Shown: positions 28,500-38,700, counted from the stretch's first letter. The stretch is 64,000 bases of DNA from a virus (IMGVR_UViG_3300010354_000050:55412-119411); one strand, 5' to 3'. A program made the numbers and translations. Notes: generated by a model from the sequence alone, not told the origin.

Positions 28500-28528
28500 T
28501 TGACAACTAACATATACTAGGTTAAAAT
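28500..28528 (+). promoter_or_regulatory. sigma70 promoter upstream of polymerase C-half
   Basis: TTGACA-N17-TAAAAT. Confidence 0.7.
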
Positions 28529-28722
28529 AGAAATGTGTACTTCAGGAGCAAGTAATGTTTAAGTGCAAATGCTTTCTTTATGCTGATGACGAATATTTTA
28601 CAGATATTACCCTCAAAGTAAAGCCAGTGCAAAACAATAACTTACATTGTTGAATCTGTAGTTATCCACCCCTACGGCCTAGATGACTATGATTTCACAC
28701 TGTCCCTTTCTGATTATTAAGC

Positions 28723-30027
28723 ATGAAAAAATCTATTAAAAGAATACCCCACCCTAGCGGAAAAGATGAAAATGTAGGAGGATTGTTTTCTAAAGAATTT
28801 ATTGTAGATATGGAAGTTGGAAGGCTCTCTAGCGATAGTCCATTAGCCCAACGTGCTATTGATATTGCCAACAGTACCTCCTATTGGAACTCTATTAGGA
28901 AGAGGGTTACAGAAAGGATCTACGTACCTACAGAAAACCCACTAGATAGTGACAACAAAGCCAATATCACTATCCCTAACATTCTCCCCCATGGCACCGT
29001 TACCAGAAGAACTGTAGAACCTATGATGGTTACAATGTGTTCTACAAAGCCAAATAGGATAGGTACAGAACTTAAGACAAGGATCAAAGCCCCTAAAGGT
29101 TGGAAAATTGTAGGTGCTGACTTTGACGGTCAAGAGTTACAAATTGCTTCTACCTATGCTGACAAGTGGGAAGGTGGGTTCATTGGAGCTTCTCCTATGA
29201 CCTACATTATTCTAGCAGGTAGTAAGGATAAAGGTACAGATGCCCATACCTTGCTATCTAAGAAAATCAATACAGATAGAGATACGGCTAAGGGTGTAGG
29301 CTTTGCTATCTTGTATGGTGCTGGTTCATTAACTATTGCTAACACTATCAAGAAAAAGTTCAAAGATCGTCATGAAGCTGAACTAAGAGGTTTTGGTGAA
29401 GAGGCAATTAAGTTCAAGAAAGGTTTGAAAGATTCTGAAGGTTACTACTATGGTGGAACCGATTCAGGTTGCTACAATTTCATGGAAAACATTGCCTTAC
29501 GTTCCAGAATCCCTACTTTACCTTGTCTAAAAACTAAAATTTCTACTGCATTGAGGCCAAATGTAGTCGATAATAAATTTGTTACAGGTAGGGTCAACTG
29601 GACTATTCAGGCTTCGGGTGCAGAAGTTTTATCTATTTTCCTAACTTCCGTTCACTGGTTAGCAAGTTATTTCAAGATTCCTGCCCAATTCATCATCAGT
29701 ATCCATGATGAGACTTGGTTCATGGTTCCTGAAAAGTTTGCTGAGCAATTTTGTGTCATCTTTCAAATGGCCCATTTGTATACCTGGTCAAGGTTTCATT
29801 ATGGTGTAGGAATTAATGATCTCCCCCTTAGTCGAGCATTCTTTTCTTCAGTAGCTATTGATGAGAGGATCAGGAAAACACCAAAAGAAAAAACTATTAC
29901 TCCCTCCCACCCTGAAGGAATTAATGAACCCTCTGGTGAAGAATTTTCTATGAAGCAAATGGATGAACTTGGTTGGGTGAAGAAGTTAGGAACAAGAAAA
30001 CAGCTTATTGAAAAAGGAATTTTGTGA
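28723..30027 (+). CDS. Pol-gamma-like DNA polymerase, C-terminal polymerase half
   Basis: IPHPSG..NVG, GTVTRRTVE, motif A VGADFDGQEL, motif B RDTAK..FAILYGAG, RVNWTIQASG, motif C ISIHDE, AFFSSV-x-ID. Confidence 0.93.
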   Translation: MKKSIKRIPHPSGKDENVGGLFSKEFIVDMEVGRLSSDSPLAQRAIDIANSTSYWNSIRKRVTERIYVPTENPLDSDNKANITIPNILPHGTVTRRTVEPMMVTMCSTKPNRIGTELKTRIKAPKGWKIVGADFDGQELQIASTYADKWEGGFIGASPMTYIILAGSKDKGTDAHTLLSKKINTDRDTAKGVGFAILYGAGSLTIANTIKKKFKDRHEAELRGFGEEAIKFKKGLKDSEGYYYGGTDSGCYNFMENIALRSRIPTLPCLKTKISTALRPNVVDNKFVTGRVNWTIQASGAEVLSIFLTSVHWLASYFKIPAQFIISIHDETWFMVPEKFAEQFCVIFQMAHLYTWSRFHYGVGINDLPLSRAFFSSVAIDERIRKTPKEKTITPSHPEGINEPSGEEFSMKQMDELGWVKKLGTRKQLIEKGIL

Positions 30028-30263
30028 TGAAGAACACAATAAAAATTGGCCCTTATTTAGTTTGTTTTGAAACTAACCCTGGTGGAATAGGGAAACTTTT
30101 CTACTTCTATCAGCCTAATGATCCACCAACCAAGCAAAAATTAGCTTTTGCTATAACTATTTTAGAAAGAATTTATGTCGGAGAAGAAGATACAGGACTA
30201 GAAGTTCATCAAGCTTTACAAATACTTCTTCTAGGTCTTTGCTTGACAATTGCTAAGATCTAA
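30024..30263 (+). CDS. hypothetical protein
   Basis: overlaps polymerase stop. Confidence 0.5.
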   Translation: MMKNTIKIGPYLVCFETNPGGIGKLFYFYQPNDPPTKQKLAFAITILERIYVGEEDTGLEVHQALQILLLGLCLTIAKI

Positions 30264-30291
30264 ACCGTTGTTGTCTATTAACTTAAACAAG

Positions 30292-30879
30292 ATGTCTAAA
30301 CTACTCATTGTTGTATCTGGCCCTGATCGTGTAGGGAAATCGACTTTAATTGACACTTTAATGTTTTATAAGGGTTTTTCTGCTAAAAACTTTTATGTAA
30401 AACACCATAGCAAACCGCCGCTAGATTATGATAATGTCTATGACTATCACAAAGATAGTGTCAAAGGTTGGCTTGAATCGGGTAAGCAATATGCAATTTT
30501 CGACCGTTCCTGGCCTTGCACCTACATTCTGGAACGTCTAAGGGATGGAAATACAGGCCATTTTGATCAACTTATTGATTTTGAAATTGAATTGTACGAT
30601 TTGATGGAGAAGAAAGAAGCAAAAGTTGTTCACCTAGGTATTACAAAACCTTGGCATTGGTCTGGGCCACATCATTTGAAGGAACTCAGGGAGTTTTACG
30701 GATCAGATAAGAAAAGAGCAATTAGGGATAACTACATTGTTAGGATGCAAGAACATGAAAATTATTTGTCAGAATTGGTAAATTTCTGTAATCAAATTAC
30801 ACTTTTCCCATCCTTGTTTCTAGAATTTCCTGAGGTAAATGAAGTTTGGGATTCAATCTATAATACTATTGGTAGTTAA
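30292..30879 (+). CDS. P-loop dNMP/thymidylate kinase-like protein
   Basis: VSGPDRVGKST P-loop; FDRSW motif. Confidence 0.75.
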   Translation: MSKLLIVVSGPDRVGKSTLIDTLMFYKGFSAKNFYVKHHSKPPLDYDNVYDYHKDSVKGWLESGKQYAIFDRSWPCTYILERLRDGNTGHFDQLIDFEIELYDLMEKKEAKVVHLGITKPWHWSGPHHLKELREFYGSDKKRAIRDNYIVRMQEHENYLSELVNFCNQITLFPSLFLEFPEVNEVWDSIYNTIGS

Positions 30880-30880
30880 G

Positions 30881-31117
30881 ATGTTCCCGCCTAGCAAAGA
30901 TCCTCTCTTCTTATTAGTTGCAGCTAAGGATTGGAAGGAGGATGTTGAAGAAAGGCTTGAGATAGGGAGGGTAGAACAAGCTAAGGAAAGCTTGCAAGAA
31001 GCTATCTTAACCTATAATCAATTGCCACCCGGTTACAAAGACCTAGACCTAGAAGAACAATTAGCAAAATTGTCCTCAAAAGTCTATAATAGGTTGAATG
31101 GTAAATTACCATTGTAG
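30881..31117 (+). CDS. hypothetical helical protein
   Basis: ATG 30881 immediately after kinase stop. Confidence 0.6.
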   Translation: MFPPSKDPLFLLVAAKDWKEDVEERLEIGRVEQAKESLQEAILTYNQLPPGYKDLDLEEQLAKLSSKVYNRLNGKLPL

Positions 31118-31140
31118 TTATTTTTATTGGAATTAAACAG

Positions 31141-31515
31141 ATGAGTGGAGTAAAAGTTCTTAGAAGGGGTGAAGATTCCCCCCAATCTGATGATCAAGGT
31201 TCTGTTTCCTCTACCTCGAAGACATCAGAAGTCTTTTGTGCAACCCTTAGCACTGGTCAGGAAATTTGCATCAGACCCATGAAAGCGTCTGACATTATGT
31301 GGATGGAAACTTTAGACAGAGGTAAGGAGCCTGTAGGGGATGTTCAAAAATCCTTGAAGCTAGTTGCCAGGTTGTCTACAAAAACCCAACACCCCATTAC
31401 TTTCCCTTTCCTAATGGATTTGTCCATGCCAGATCTTAAAATTGTAACAGATCTGTTGGCAAAGGCAAGTGGGACTAAGGAAGAAGAAGTTGACGATTTT
31501 GACCCAAACTTCTAA
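31141..31515 (+). CDS. tail assembly chaperone (gpG/Mu gp41-like)
   Basis: I-x-IRP-x-K-x-x-D...L-x-x-L-x-x-x-DL pattern; ends at C CCA AAC slippery site. Confidence 0.65.
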   Translation: MSGVKVLRRGEDSPQSDDQGSVSSTSKTSEVFCATLSTGQEICIRPMKASDIMWMETLDRGKEPVGDVQKSLKLVARLSTKTQHPITFPFLMDLSMPDLKIVTDLLAKASGTKEEEVDDFDPNF

Positions 31516-31955
31516 AAACCACTGCTACTGAAGATTTCTCTTACATAGTAGAATTAGGGGAAAAAATTACCTTGAACATAAGGGAATTGACCCCTAAAGA
31601 CTACTACCTTGTAAGTTTAATTCAAAATGATTACCCGGATATGTCTTCTTTAGTATTTAATTTCCTCCTGTTACAAAAGTTAGCCAATATTACTGAAGAA
31701 GAATTAGATCAAATTCCTGTATATTTCTTCAAACCTTTGTTCAAATGGATCAATGATGAAATACTGGAAGGGAAGGTAATGACAGTAGAACAGTGGTTAT
31801 CCCTGGCTTTTCACCTTTGCAAACAAAGATGGGATCAATCAATAGACTGGTTAGAGCAACAGCCTGTCAGCAAAATCCTACTTATGTTGAAAATTCAATC
31901 AGATTTTGTTGAAAAAGAAAAGCAAGAAATGAAAAAATCAGCAAGGAAGAAATGA
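31503..31955 (+). CDS. -1 frameshift extension of tail assembly chaperone (gpGT-like)
   Basis: -1 frame opens right after TGA(31500-02) at CCCAAAC; no ATG in its first 45 codons. Confidence 0.7.
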   Translation, partial: PKLLKTTATEDFSYIVELGEKITLNIRELTPKDYYLVSLIQNDYPDMSSLVFNFLLLQKLANITEEELDQIPVYFFKPLFKWINDEILEGKVMTVEQWLSLAFHLCKQRWDQSIDWLEQQPVSKILLMLKIQSDFVEKEKQEMKKSARKK

Positions 31956-32317
31956 TAAGCTTTGAAGTTAGTTTTCCAGAGTTTGATCCAAACTGGTTGC
32001 AAAAGTGTAAAGATGAAATAGTTAAGGTTGTCGAAGAGGAAAACAGATCTTCTTGGAAGCAGGAACAAAACCCCACTACAGGTGCAAAATGGCCCCCTAG
32101 GAAACAGCCTACAGGGTCATGGCCTTTGCTTAACAAGACTGGGAGAATGTTTAGCCAGACTAAGTTTGAAGCTAAGGGAAGTGGTAACTCTTTACCTATA
32201 AAAGCACAATTTCCTTTTTATGGCCAATTCCACCAGAACAACAGACCTTGGTTAGGGGTTCCTCCTTCCTCTAGCCCAAAGATCGGTCAAATCATTGCTA
32301 AAAATGTATTCAAGTAA
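31952..32317 (+). CDS. phage virion morphogenesis / tail completion protein (Mu gpG/P2 gpS-like)
   Basis: P-x-x-G-x-x-W-x-P, L-x-x-TG-x-M, YG-x-x-HQ, RPWLG motifs. Confidence 0.75.
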   Translation: MISFEVSFPEFDPNWLQKCKDEIVKVVEEENRSSWKQEQNPTTGAKWPPRKQPTGSWPLLNKTGRMFSQTKFEAKGSGNSLPIKAQFPFYGQFHQNNRPWLGVPPSSSPKIGQIIAKNVFK

Positions 32318-32404
32318 TTTAGAAACTTTCAATTAACTACTTGACATTAGTAAAGTTCTTTGCTATAGTAGTTATGTAGTTGAAAAAAAAGGGGGAATAA
32401 GCCC

Positions 32405-32650
32405 ATGATGATCTACAACCCTTCTATTGCCAATCCTGAAGCCGATCTTTCTCAAATTCCTGCATTTATTTTAGAAGATGGGGGAACGGTTTACTGGAAT
32501 GCTCTTGACAAAGAGCAGTGTAAGGAATTTTTTGATTATGCTATGGGGTATATCTGGCAAGACAATGTAGGGTCTACTATGGCTTGCGAAATCCTTGGTT
32601 GCCTAGAAGACACTTATCCTGATTGGGTAGAGGAATTTGAAAATTTGTAA
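32405..32650 (+). CDS. hypothetical protein
   Basis: promoter TTGACA(32341); terminator follows. Confidence 0.65.
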   Translation: MMIYNPSIANPEADLSQIPAFILEDGGTVYWNALDKEQCKEFFDYAMGYIWQDNVGSTMACEILGCLEDTYPDWVEEFENL

Positions 32651-32762
32651 ATAATCTAAAAGGAGACTTAAGTAAGTCTCCTTTTTTTATTCATGGGTTT
32701 GTTGGTTGACAATAAACTAATAATGTTTTACAATAGGAAAAGTTAAGCAAAAGGCAATTCAG

Positions 32763-33020
32763 ATGGAATACCAAGAACCCTTGTTTAGTATGTATGAAGA
32801 GTTAGAACAAGCTAAAACAGTTTATTCTGAACCTTTTGAAATTTTCCTTGTTGAAGCTGTTGAGTACCAAAATTCTGAAGGAGAAATCCAATATGATGCT
32901 GCAATTTTTAATTGGGATGCAGTAATCAAGAGTAGGGCTAAAGGTTTTAACTCCTTACCTGAATGCTTAGAAGCTCTGGCAGAAACCCAGTATGCCAAAT
33001 TAATTGGTTGGGTGCCATGA
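32763..33020 (+). CDS. hypothetical protein (paralog of 33102..33356)
   Basis: shared EAVEY...GFNSLPECLEALAE. Confidence 0.7.
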   Translation: MEYQEPLFSMYEELEQAKTVYSEPFEIFLVEAVEYQNSEGEIQYDAAIFNWDAVIKSRAKGFNSLPECLEALAETQYAKLIGWVP

Positions 33021-33101
33021 GGTTGTTGTAATCTTTAGCAATCTTTTTCAACTCTAATACACTACATACAGTAAGCTTAATTTATAAACAGTGGGATTTT
33101 T

Positions 33102-33356
33102 ATGATCTGTGAAATTTACAGGGATAACTTTGAAATTTATGTTATTGAAGCTGTAGAGTATGAAGATGGGGAAGGAAAACTCAAATATTATTCTAAGTTT
33201 ACTACTCAAGAAGGAGTACCTATGTGTGAAGCAGTAGGTTTTAACTCCTTACCTGAATGCTTAGAAGCTCTAGCAGAGATTTCTATTATCAAAGGAATCG
33301 GGTGGAAACCTTTAAGAAATTTTAGTGGACATTTTTCTAAAAGTGTAGTAGAATAA
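33102..33356 (+). CDS. hypothetical protein (paralog of 32763..33020)
   Basis: shared motif and near-identical DNA block. Confidence 0.7.
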   Translation: MICEIYRDNFEIYVIEAVEYEDGEGKLKYYSKFTTQEGVPMCEAVGFNSLPECLEALAEISIIKGIGWKPLRNFSGHFSKSVVE

Positions 33357-33384
33357 GATCAGTTAAGCAAAAGGAATACAACCA

Positions 33385-33606
33385 ATGGCCCACACAATTA
33401 CTTTTGAAGATGTTAAAGGTTTCCACAATGTTGTAGACCTTGCAGGGAGTTTTGGAAAAGACTCAAACAAAAAGCTTCAGGCTATCTTGAACCTGAATGA
33501 AGATGGAACTTTGGGATATAAGTTCCAAGTAAAGAGTAATAAGGAAGTTCAAGTCTCTACAGAAAACCTGTATCAGGCTGTATCCGTTTATAACAGCTTG
33601 CCCTAA
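33385..33606 (+). CDS. hypothetical protein
   Basis: AAGGA RBS. Confidence 0.65.
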   Translation: MAHTITFEDVKGFHNVVDLAGSFGKDSNKKLQAILNLNEDGTLGYKFQVKSNKEVQVSTENLYQAVSVYNSLP

Positions 33607-33666
33607 ACTACATCGGGGAAACTCCTTGAGGAGTTTCCCCCTATTTAATCCCTAGGCTTTTATCTT

Positions 33667-34104
33667 ATGAATCTATTACCCGGAATGATTTTTGAAATTG
33701 ACGGTTCTCTGTGGGAATTTAGCTGTAATTACTTCCATGAAGCTGAATTTATAAATCCCACTAAACCATACAAGCTAAGTTTTTCCTTCAAGGATGAATT
33801 CAGTAAGGAAAAGGTTGAAAGTGTAAAAGGTCTTGACAACTACAAACTCATCTTTCACCCTAACCAAGAAATCTACAACAAGTTTGAACAGATTGGTGAA
33901 AATCCTGAAATTGAAGAAGAAGGGGTTGAAACTATGTCTTATTTTTCTTTATTACGTAGTGATCTGGAAATTTACAGAGATAAATCTGGAAGCTTTGTTT
34001 TCTGCTATGTTTCAGGAGATGAAAATCATGAAATTAAATTTGATTTAGTTAATTCCTTAAAAGATTTGAATGATTGGGTTTTTGACATAATTGTAGGTAA
34101 TTGA
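33667..34104 (+). CDS. hypothetical protein
   Basis: ORF track. Confidence 0.65.
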   Translation: MNLLPGMIFEIDGSLWEFSCNYFHEAEFINPTKPYKLSFSFKDEFSKEKVESVKGLDNYKLIFHPNQEIYNKFEQIGENPEIEEEGVETMSYFSLLRSDLEIYRDKSGSFVFCYVSGDENHEIKFDLVNSLKDLNDWVFDIIVGN

Positions 34105-34105
34105 A

Positions 34106-34363
34106 ATGAAACTATACTCGGTTGAACGGAATTACAGAGAAAAGAGATATGTATCTTTTCCTAATCCAGCAGAATATGTTGTGGATAGAGCCTTATCTGG
34201 AGGCTCTGAATCTGAACAGTTAGTAAAAATCAGAGGTCTTATCTCCATCTTAACTGACAAACTTCTAGATGCAGGTTTACTAGAGCTAGAAGAGATTAAA
34301 TATCTCTTTGAAGATAGCCCTGATGGCCCCTTCTACAAAACAAAAGAAGAGGCAGACAAATGA
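34106..34363 (+). CDS. hypothetical protein
   Basis: operonic with upstream ORF. Confidence 0.65.
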   Translation: MKLYSVERNYREKRYVSFPNPAEYVVDRALSGGSESEQLVKIRGLISILTDKLLDAGLLELEEIKYLFEDSPDGPFYKTKEEADK

Positions 34364-34617
34364 AATAACCTTCTTCAAGGTTAATTTCAAAGAAAAGAGC
34401 TTGGCTATAAGTTCCTTTTTTTATTGGAAAGTTTACTTACCTTGACAAAAATTGAGAAAATGAACACCATGCCTTAGCAGATGCCCAGTGAAATAAAGGA
34501 GCTTGGGGTTTATGTCTAAGTTTAGTTGAAAGAATGATAAGTAAACTTTGTGAAAAAATAGTTGACAACCTTTAGCTAATCTGGTATACTACATGTAGTT
34601 GAGTTTGGAAATTGCCA

Positions 34618-34869
34618 ATGGCTACTGTATTTACTAAAGAAATCCCCGCCACCTATCAAGAAGAATGGGAAACCGGAGAGTACTACCAGGCTATTACAGA
34701 ATTTGGACTAGAGTTTGGTAAAGGAGTATTTACCATTTACCAGAATGGAACTTGCCCTCTGAACTTCCCTTCTTTCTGTAGCGTAGAAAGGGAAAAATAC
34801 CCCCTTCACCTTCAACGGGCTAATAGAGCTTATGAAATTGCTACTGAAATCCTGGTAGCAAATATGTAA
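34618..34869 (+). CDS. hypothetical protein
   Basis: promoter TTGACA(34562)-N17-TATACT; terminator follows. Confidence 0.65.
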   Translation: MATVFTKEIPATYQEEWETGEYYQAITEFGLEFGKGVFTIYQNGTCPLNFPSFCSVEREKYPLHLQRANRAYEIATEILVANM

Positions 34870-35196
34870 AACAGTAGAATTAGAAAAAGAAGGGAGATTT
34901 CTCCCTCCTTTTTTTATTGACAAAAATCTTTTCCCAAGTTAAAGCAGGACTATTCCTACATTTAGAATCCTCAAAGAACTAATAGATAAGTTTGCCAAGC
35001 TTGTTAGTCAGTTAGTTAGTAAATCAACATTACTTTTCAGGTAGGCTCTAGTAGCCTACCTTTTTTTTATTAAGGAAGATGCTCAAGCTTATTGGCTAAG
35101 AAGGTAGTCTTAGAATTAGTCTAGGCTTTCTTATTCTGATACTCATTGCTAAGTTGGTAAGGGGTAAATTTCTATTAAATTCTAATATGGTTTCAA

Positions 35197-35586
35197 ATGG
35201 CTAAAACAAGAATTTGGCAAGAAGGAGATAGTTGGTCAAAGGTTGCCTATTTAGAAACCTTTGATTCAAGAAATTTTAGGAAAATCTTAAAACTAAACCC
35301 TAGTTTTGACATTAGAACTTACCCAGCACCAGGAGTTCCAATTTTAGTAAGTCAATCTGGAGTAGGTTCAAAAGGCGTAGGAACTATCAACCAACTTGAT
35401 CTAACATTAGACCTGAGAAGATCAAATTCAAATTCCAACCTAAGAGATAGCATCTATCCTTGGGAAACGCTTTCAGAATTTACCTCAAGATTAACTGAAT
35501 ATACAGCCGCAGCACTTCTACAATCAGATAGAACCAACGGATTTAGTCTAGATTCACCCCAAGCACTAAGGGGGCCAAGAAAATAA
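35197..35586 (+). CDS. LysM/tail-X-like baseplate protein
   Basis: EGDSWSKVA...I-x-x-LNP...PG-x-x-I-x-V pattern; first gene of structural module. Confidence 0.6.
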   Translation: MAKTRIWQEGDSWSKVAYLETFDSRNFRKILKLNPSFDIRTYPAPGVPILVSQSGVGSKGVGTINQLDLTLDLRRSNSNSNLRDSIYPWETLSEFTSRLTEYTAAALLQSDRTNGFSLDSPQALRGPRK

Positions 35587-35684
35587 ATATCAGGATTTGG
35601 GTAATATAGTCTGTAGGTCAAAGGGTATAGACAGAAACTTTAAGCTTAATATTTCCTTTTACCTTACATACTTGTTAGTTAAAA

Positions 35685-35744
35685 CGTGGTTAGGCACTCC
35701 TACGGGAACCACGGGTGGATTTTCCGAAGCCACCAGTTGCCTAA
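35685..35744 (+). ncRNA. GC-rich pseudoknotted element in tail-sheath 5' UTR
   Basis: CGTGGT/ACCACG, TCC-TACG-GGA, GGTGG/CCACC, TAGGCA/TGCCTA pairings. Confidence 0.6.
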
Positions 35745-35771
35745 ACCCAAAAGAAGGAGAATTTATTCTAA

Positions 35772-38700
35772 ATGGCTACAATTTCCATTGGTAGAGGTGG
35801 TGCGCCCGGAACTTTTATCTACGAATCCGGTATTGCATCCCAAGCAGGTACAGCAAGTTTTAATACAGTTTATATGCTAGTAGAGGCTCCAAATGAAGCT
35901 TCTACTTTTGTTTTTCCATTCAATACTCCTCTTTTTGTAGGGAGTCTGAATGAATACGAGAATTTGATTGGTGGGATCCCTGCTTCTGGTGCAGAACTAG
36001 ATTCCTACTATGCCGTCAAGAGCTTTTTCCAGCAAGCAAACATTGGTGATCTAAGGGTAATCAGGGTTGGCACCCCTAGTACTATTGTACAAGTAGGTTT
36101 CAGTCCCTCTGCTAACAAGGATAATGGAGTTTCTGCTCCTACACCTTTGCTAAGAAATGATAAGGTCTACATCAAACTAGAAGTTAATGGTATTCGTCTT
36201 GGTGATGTAACACCTTCTGGTGCTTGGCTTGGCGTTCCTGTCACTATTCCTGTAGACTATGTGGCTGGAAGTGTTGACAACAATCTAAAGATCTCTAATG
36301 CTATTGTAAATGCAGTAGCAGAAGCTATTAAGACTAATGCAGATATTTCTTCTGGGATCTATGTCCGAGAAATTAAAACTGGAATCCCTTGTGCAGAATG
36401 TTCTAGTCTACATCTTGCCAACAGGGTATTCAATGGCCCAGTAGAAATTATCAACTATTCCGATGTAACAGGGAATCAATTCATCCTTGCTTCTTCTGGC
36501 TACAGCATTGATACTGTTTCTTTTTCAGAAGTTTCAGTTTACGACTGGATTCAGTGTGTCCAAACTAGCCTAGATGGTGCAAGTTTGCCTAAGGGTTATC
36601 TAATTGCTCCTGCTGCTTTCAAGAAGTACAAAAAAGCAGATAGGGTCAATCTTGGTCAAGCTATGGAAGAAGTTTGCTCTGTTATCAAATGGATGGCCCT
36701 AGTAGATTGTGGCCCATTCAATGTAACAGATATTTCTGAATTTAGTTTGTTTGAAGAACATATTCCTGCTGACGGGTTCTTTCCCTCTGGCAAATATCTA
36801 ATTAGCAATGCAATTTTTGAATGGATTTCTACTAATCCATTGCTTTTTACATCTGCTAATTACAAAGAAGATTCTGCCCTCCTATCTGCTAATAGAAACC
36901 TAGCTAATGGGCAAAGATTAGCCCTCAAGGATGATCGAAGAATTAATGTTGGTGTAGGTGCAAATACCTCAGGAAATTATCTAATTCTTGAAGAAAATTG
37001 GCCTTCTAACCTCAGGTCAGGCGAGTTAGTATTTATTGAAGCCTTTGATGCAACTCCTGTACCTACTCTGCCTTTGTATACAGATGCTTATACCGACACC
37101 TACAACCAACCTCTTTCTGGCCCCTTTTACCTAATTGCCAAAGATGTTGATCCTACCCTAGAAGCCAATCAAATTAGACTGGCAACTTCTAAGGTAAGGG
37201 CACTAGGGAACATTTCTATTGATTTACTAACAGCGGGGACTCCCCAAGGTGGTGGATTAATTACTCTCACTTATGATAACCCTTCCTGGGAATTAGAAGT
37301 AGAAATTGATTCTAAAGTTTCTAGCTTAGTAGAATCCAAAGGTGCATCATTCAATTCCCTGCATTTGCCTGGTTCACTTCAAAAACCTACTGCTGAATTT
37401 GATTTCAAAGCTACTATTAGGCAACTGACTAACCCCAGCTTGTCAATTTTCAAAGGTGGCATTTCCCTTTCCTACTTCAATTCTACCAATGTAAATACTT
37501 CTACTGGAACCTTTACCATTCCTAACCATGGCTATGCTACTGGTGATATGGTAAATTACTACAGTTTACCAAGTGCGGCTGCTCCTGGTGGACTTTCCAG
37601 TTTTGCTACTTACTATGTTATTAGAATTGACAACAATTCATTAAAACTTGCTACTACTTTAGCAAATGCTAATGCTGGTACTTCAGTCACCCTAACTACT
37701 ACTGGGACAGATTCTTCAACTGTAAAATCTCCTTCTGGTGGCAGTGCCCAATCCATCCTTACTACTGGTGGAGATTGTCTGATCTTTTCTTCTGAACATG
37801 ACATCAAAACAGCCGACAGGGTTTACTTTAATGCCAACATTCTATCACAAAATTCAGATATTGTCTTCAGAGGGTCAACAGAAACCTCAGTAACAACCTA
37901 CTTTGCAAACTTAGTAGACAGAAACTTCTTTACTCTAGCTAACTCTAGTTCTAATTTAGCTGCTGGTGCTTTCATAGATTACCCTGTTTCTAATATTGGA
38001 ACTACTGCTTCTCGACTGGTTTACAAGAAACTAGGAGTAACTCTAGATGGGGGAACCTTTACTGAATCTGGTCTAATCCGGTTTATTCGAGGGAGGAAAT
38101 ATCAACTAGATGTAACTTTAGCAGTTTTCCTAGTCAAAGATGAAGCAAATGTTTCTGTAGTATCTGGTGAAGATAATCCTTATGGTACTGCGTATACAGC
38201 CGACATTTCAACCGACTTACGGTTATCCTACAGTGAATTTCCTGTAGCACCCCCTGTCTTCAGAGTAGCGGCTGAAGATGTTAATGATGTTGACAGCGAA
38301 TTTACTATTACTGGACATGGCTATCAAACTGGAGATTCTGTAACCATTGATGTTGCTCCTGATGCAATTCTGGCTGATGGCCTAGAAAATTCTGTTACCT
38401 ACTACATTATTAAAGTAGATAACAACACTGTTCAACTAGCAACTTCAGTAACCAATGCTGTTGCGGGGACTTTTATTTCTTTGGGAGATGCAGGTACTAA
38501 CAACTCCTTCGGAATTGAATTTTTTGTATCCTCTGCATCTTCTCCCTTTACTTTCCAATATACTGAAGACTTTGAATCTGCCCCACTAAATTCAGCTAGT
38601 GATTTTGCAGGAGAAAACAATTTCTACTGTGTTCCTTTAACAACTGGAATCCAAGCTAATGCTTCTGTAGATAATGTCTACTTGCACTTAGTTGTAGAAA

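Noticed and set aside
27875-28722. Group I/II intron, split intein or ribosomal bypass joining the polymerase halves
   Set aside because: No recognisable intron core, homing endonuclease or intein termini; the gap contains a terminator and promoters.
35685-35744. Active HDV-like, theta or pistol ribozyme
   Set aside because: L3 is only a tetraloop, no catalytic C in J4/2, and pistol core residues are missing; kept only as an unassigned fold.
35597-35880. Two short + strand ORFs overlapping the sheath start
   Set aside because: No convincing RBS; they overlap the structured leader and the sheath frame.
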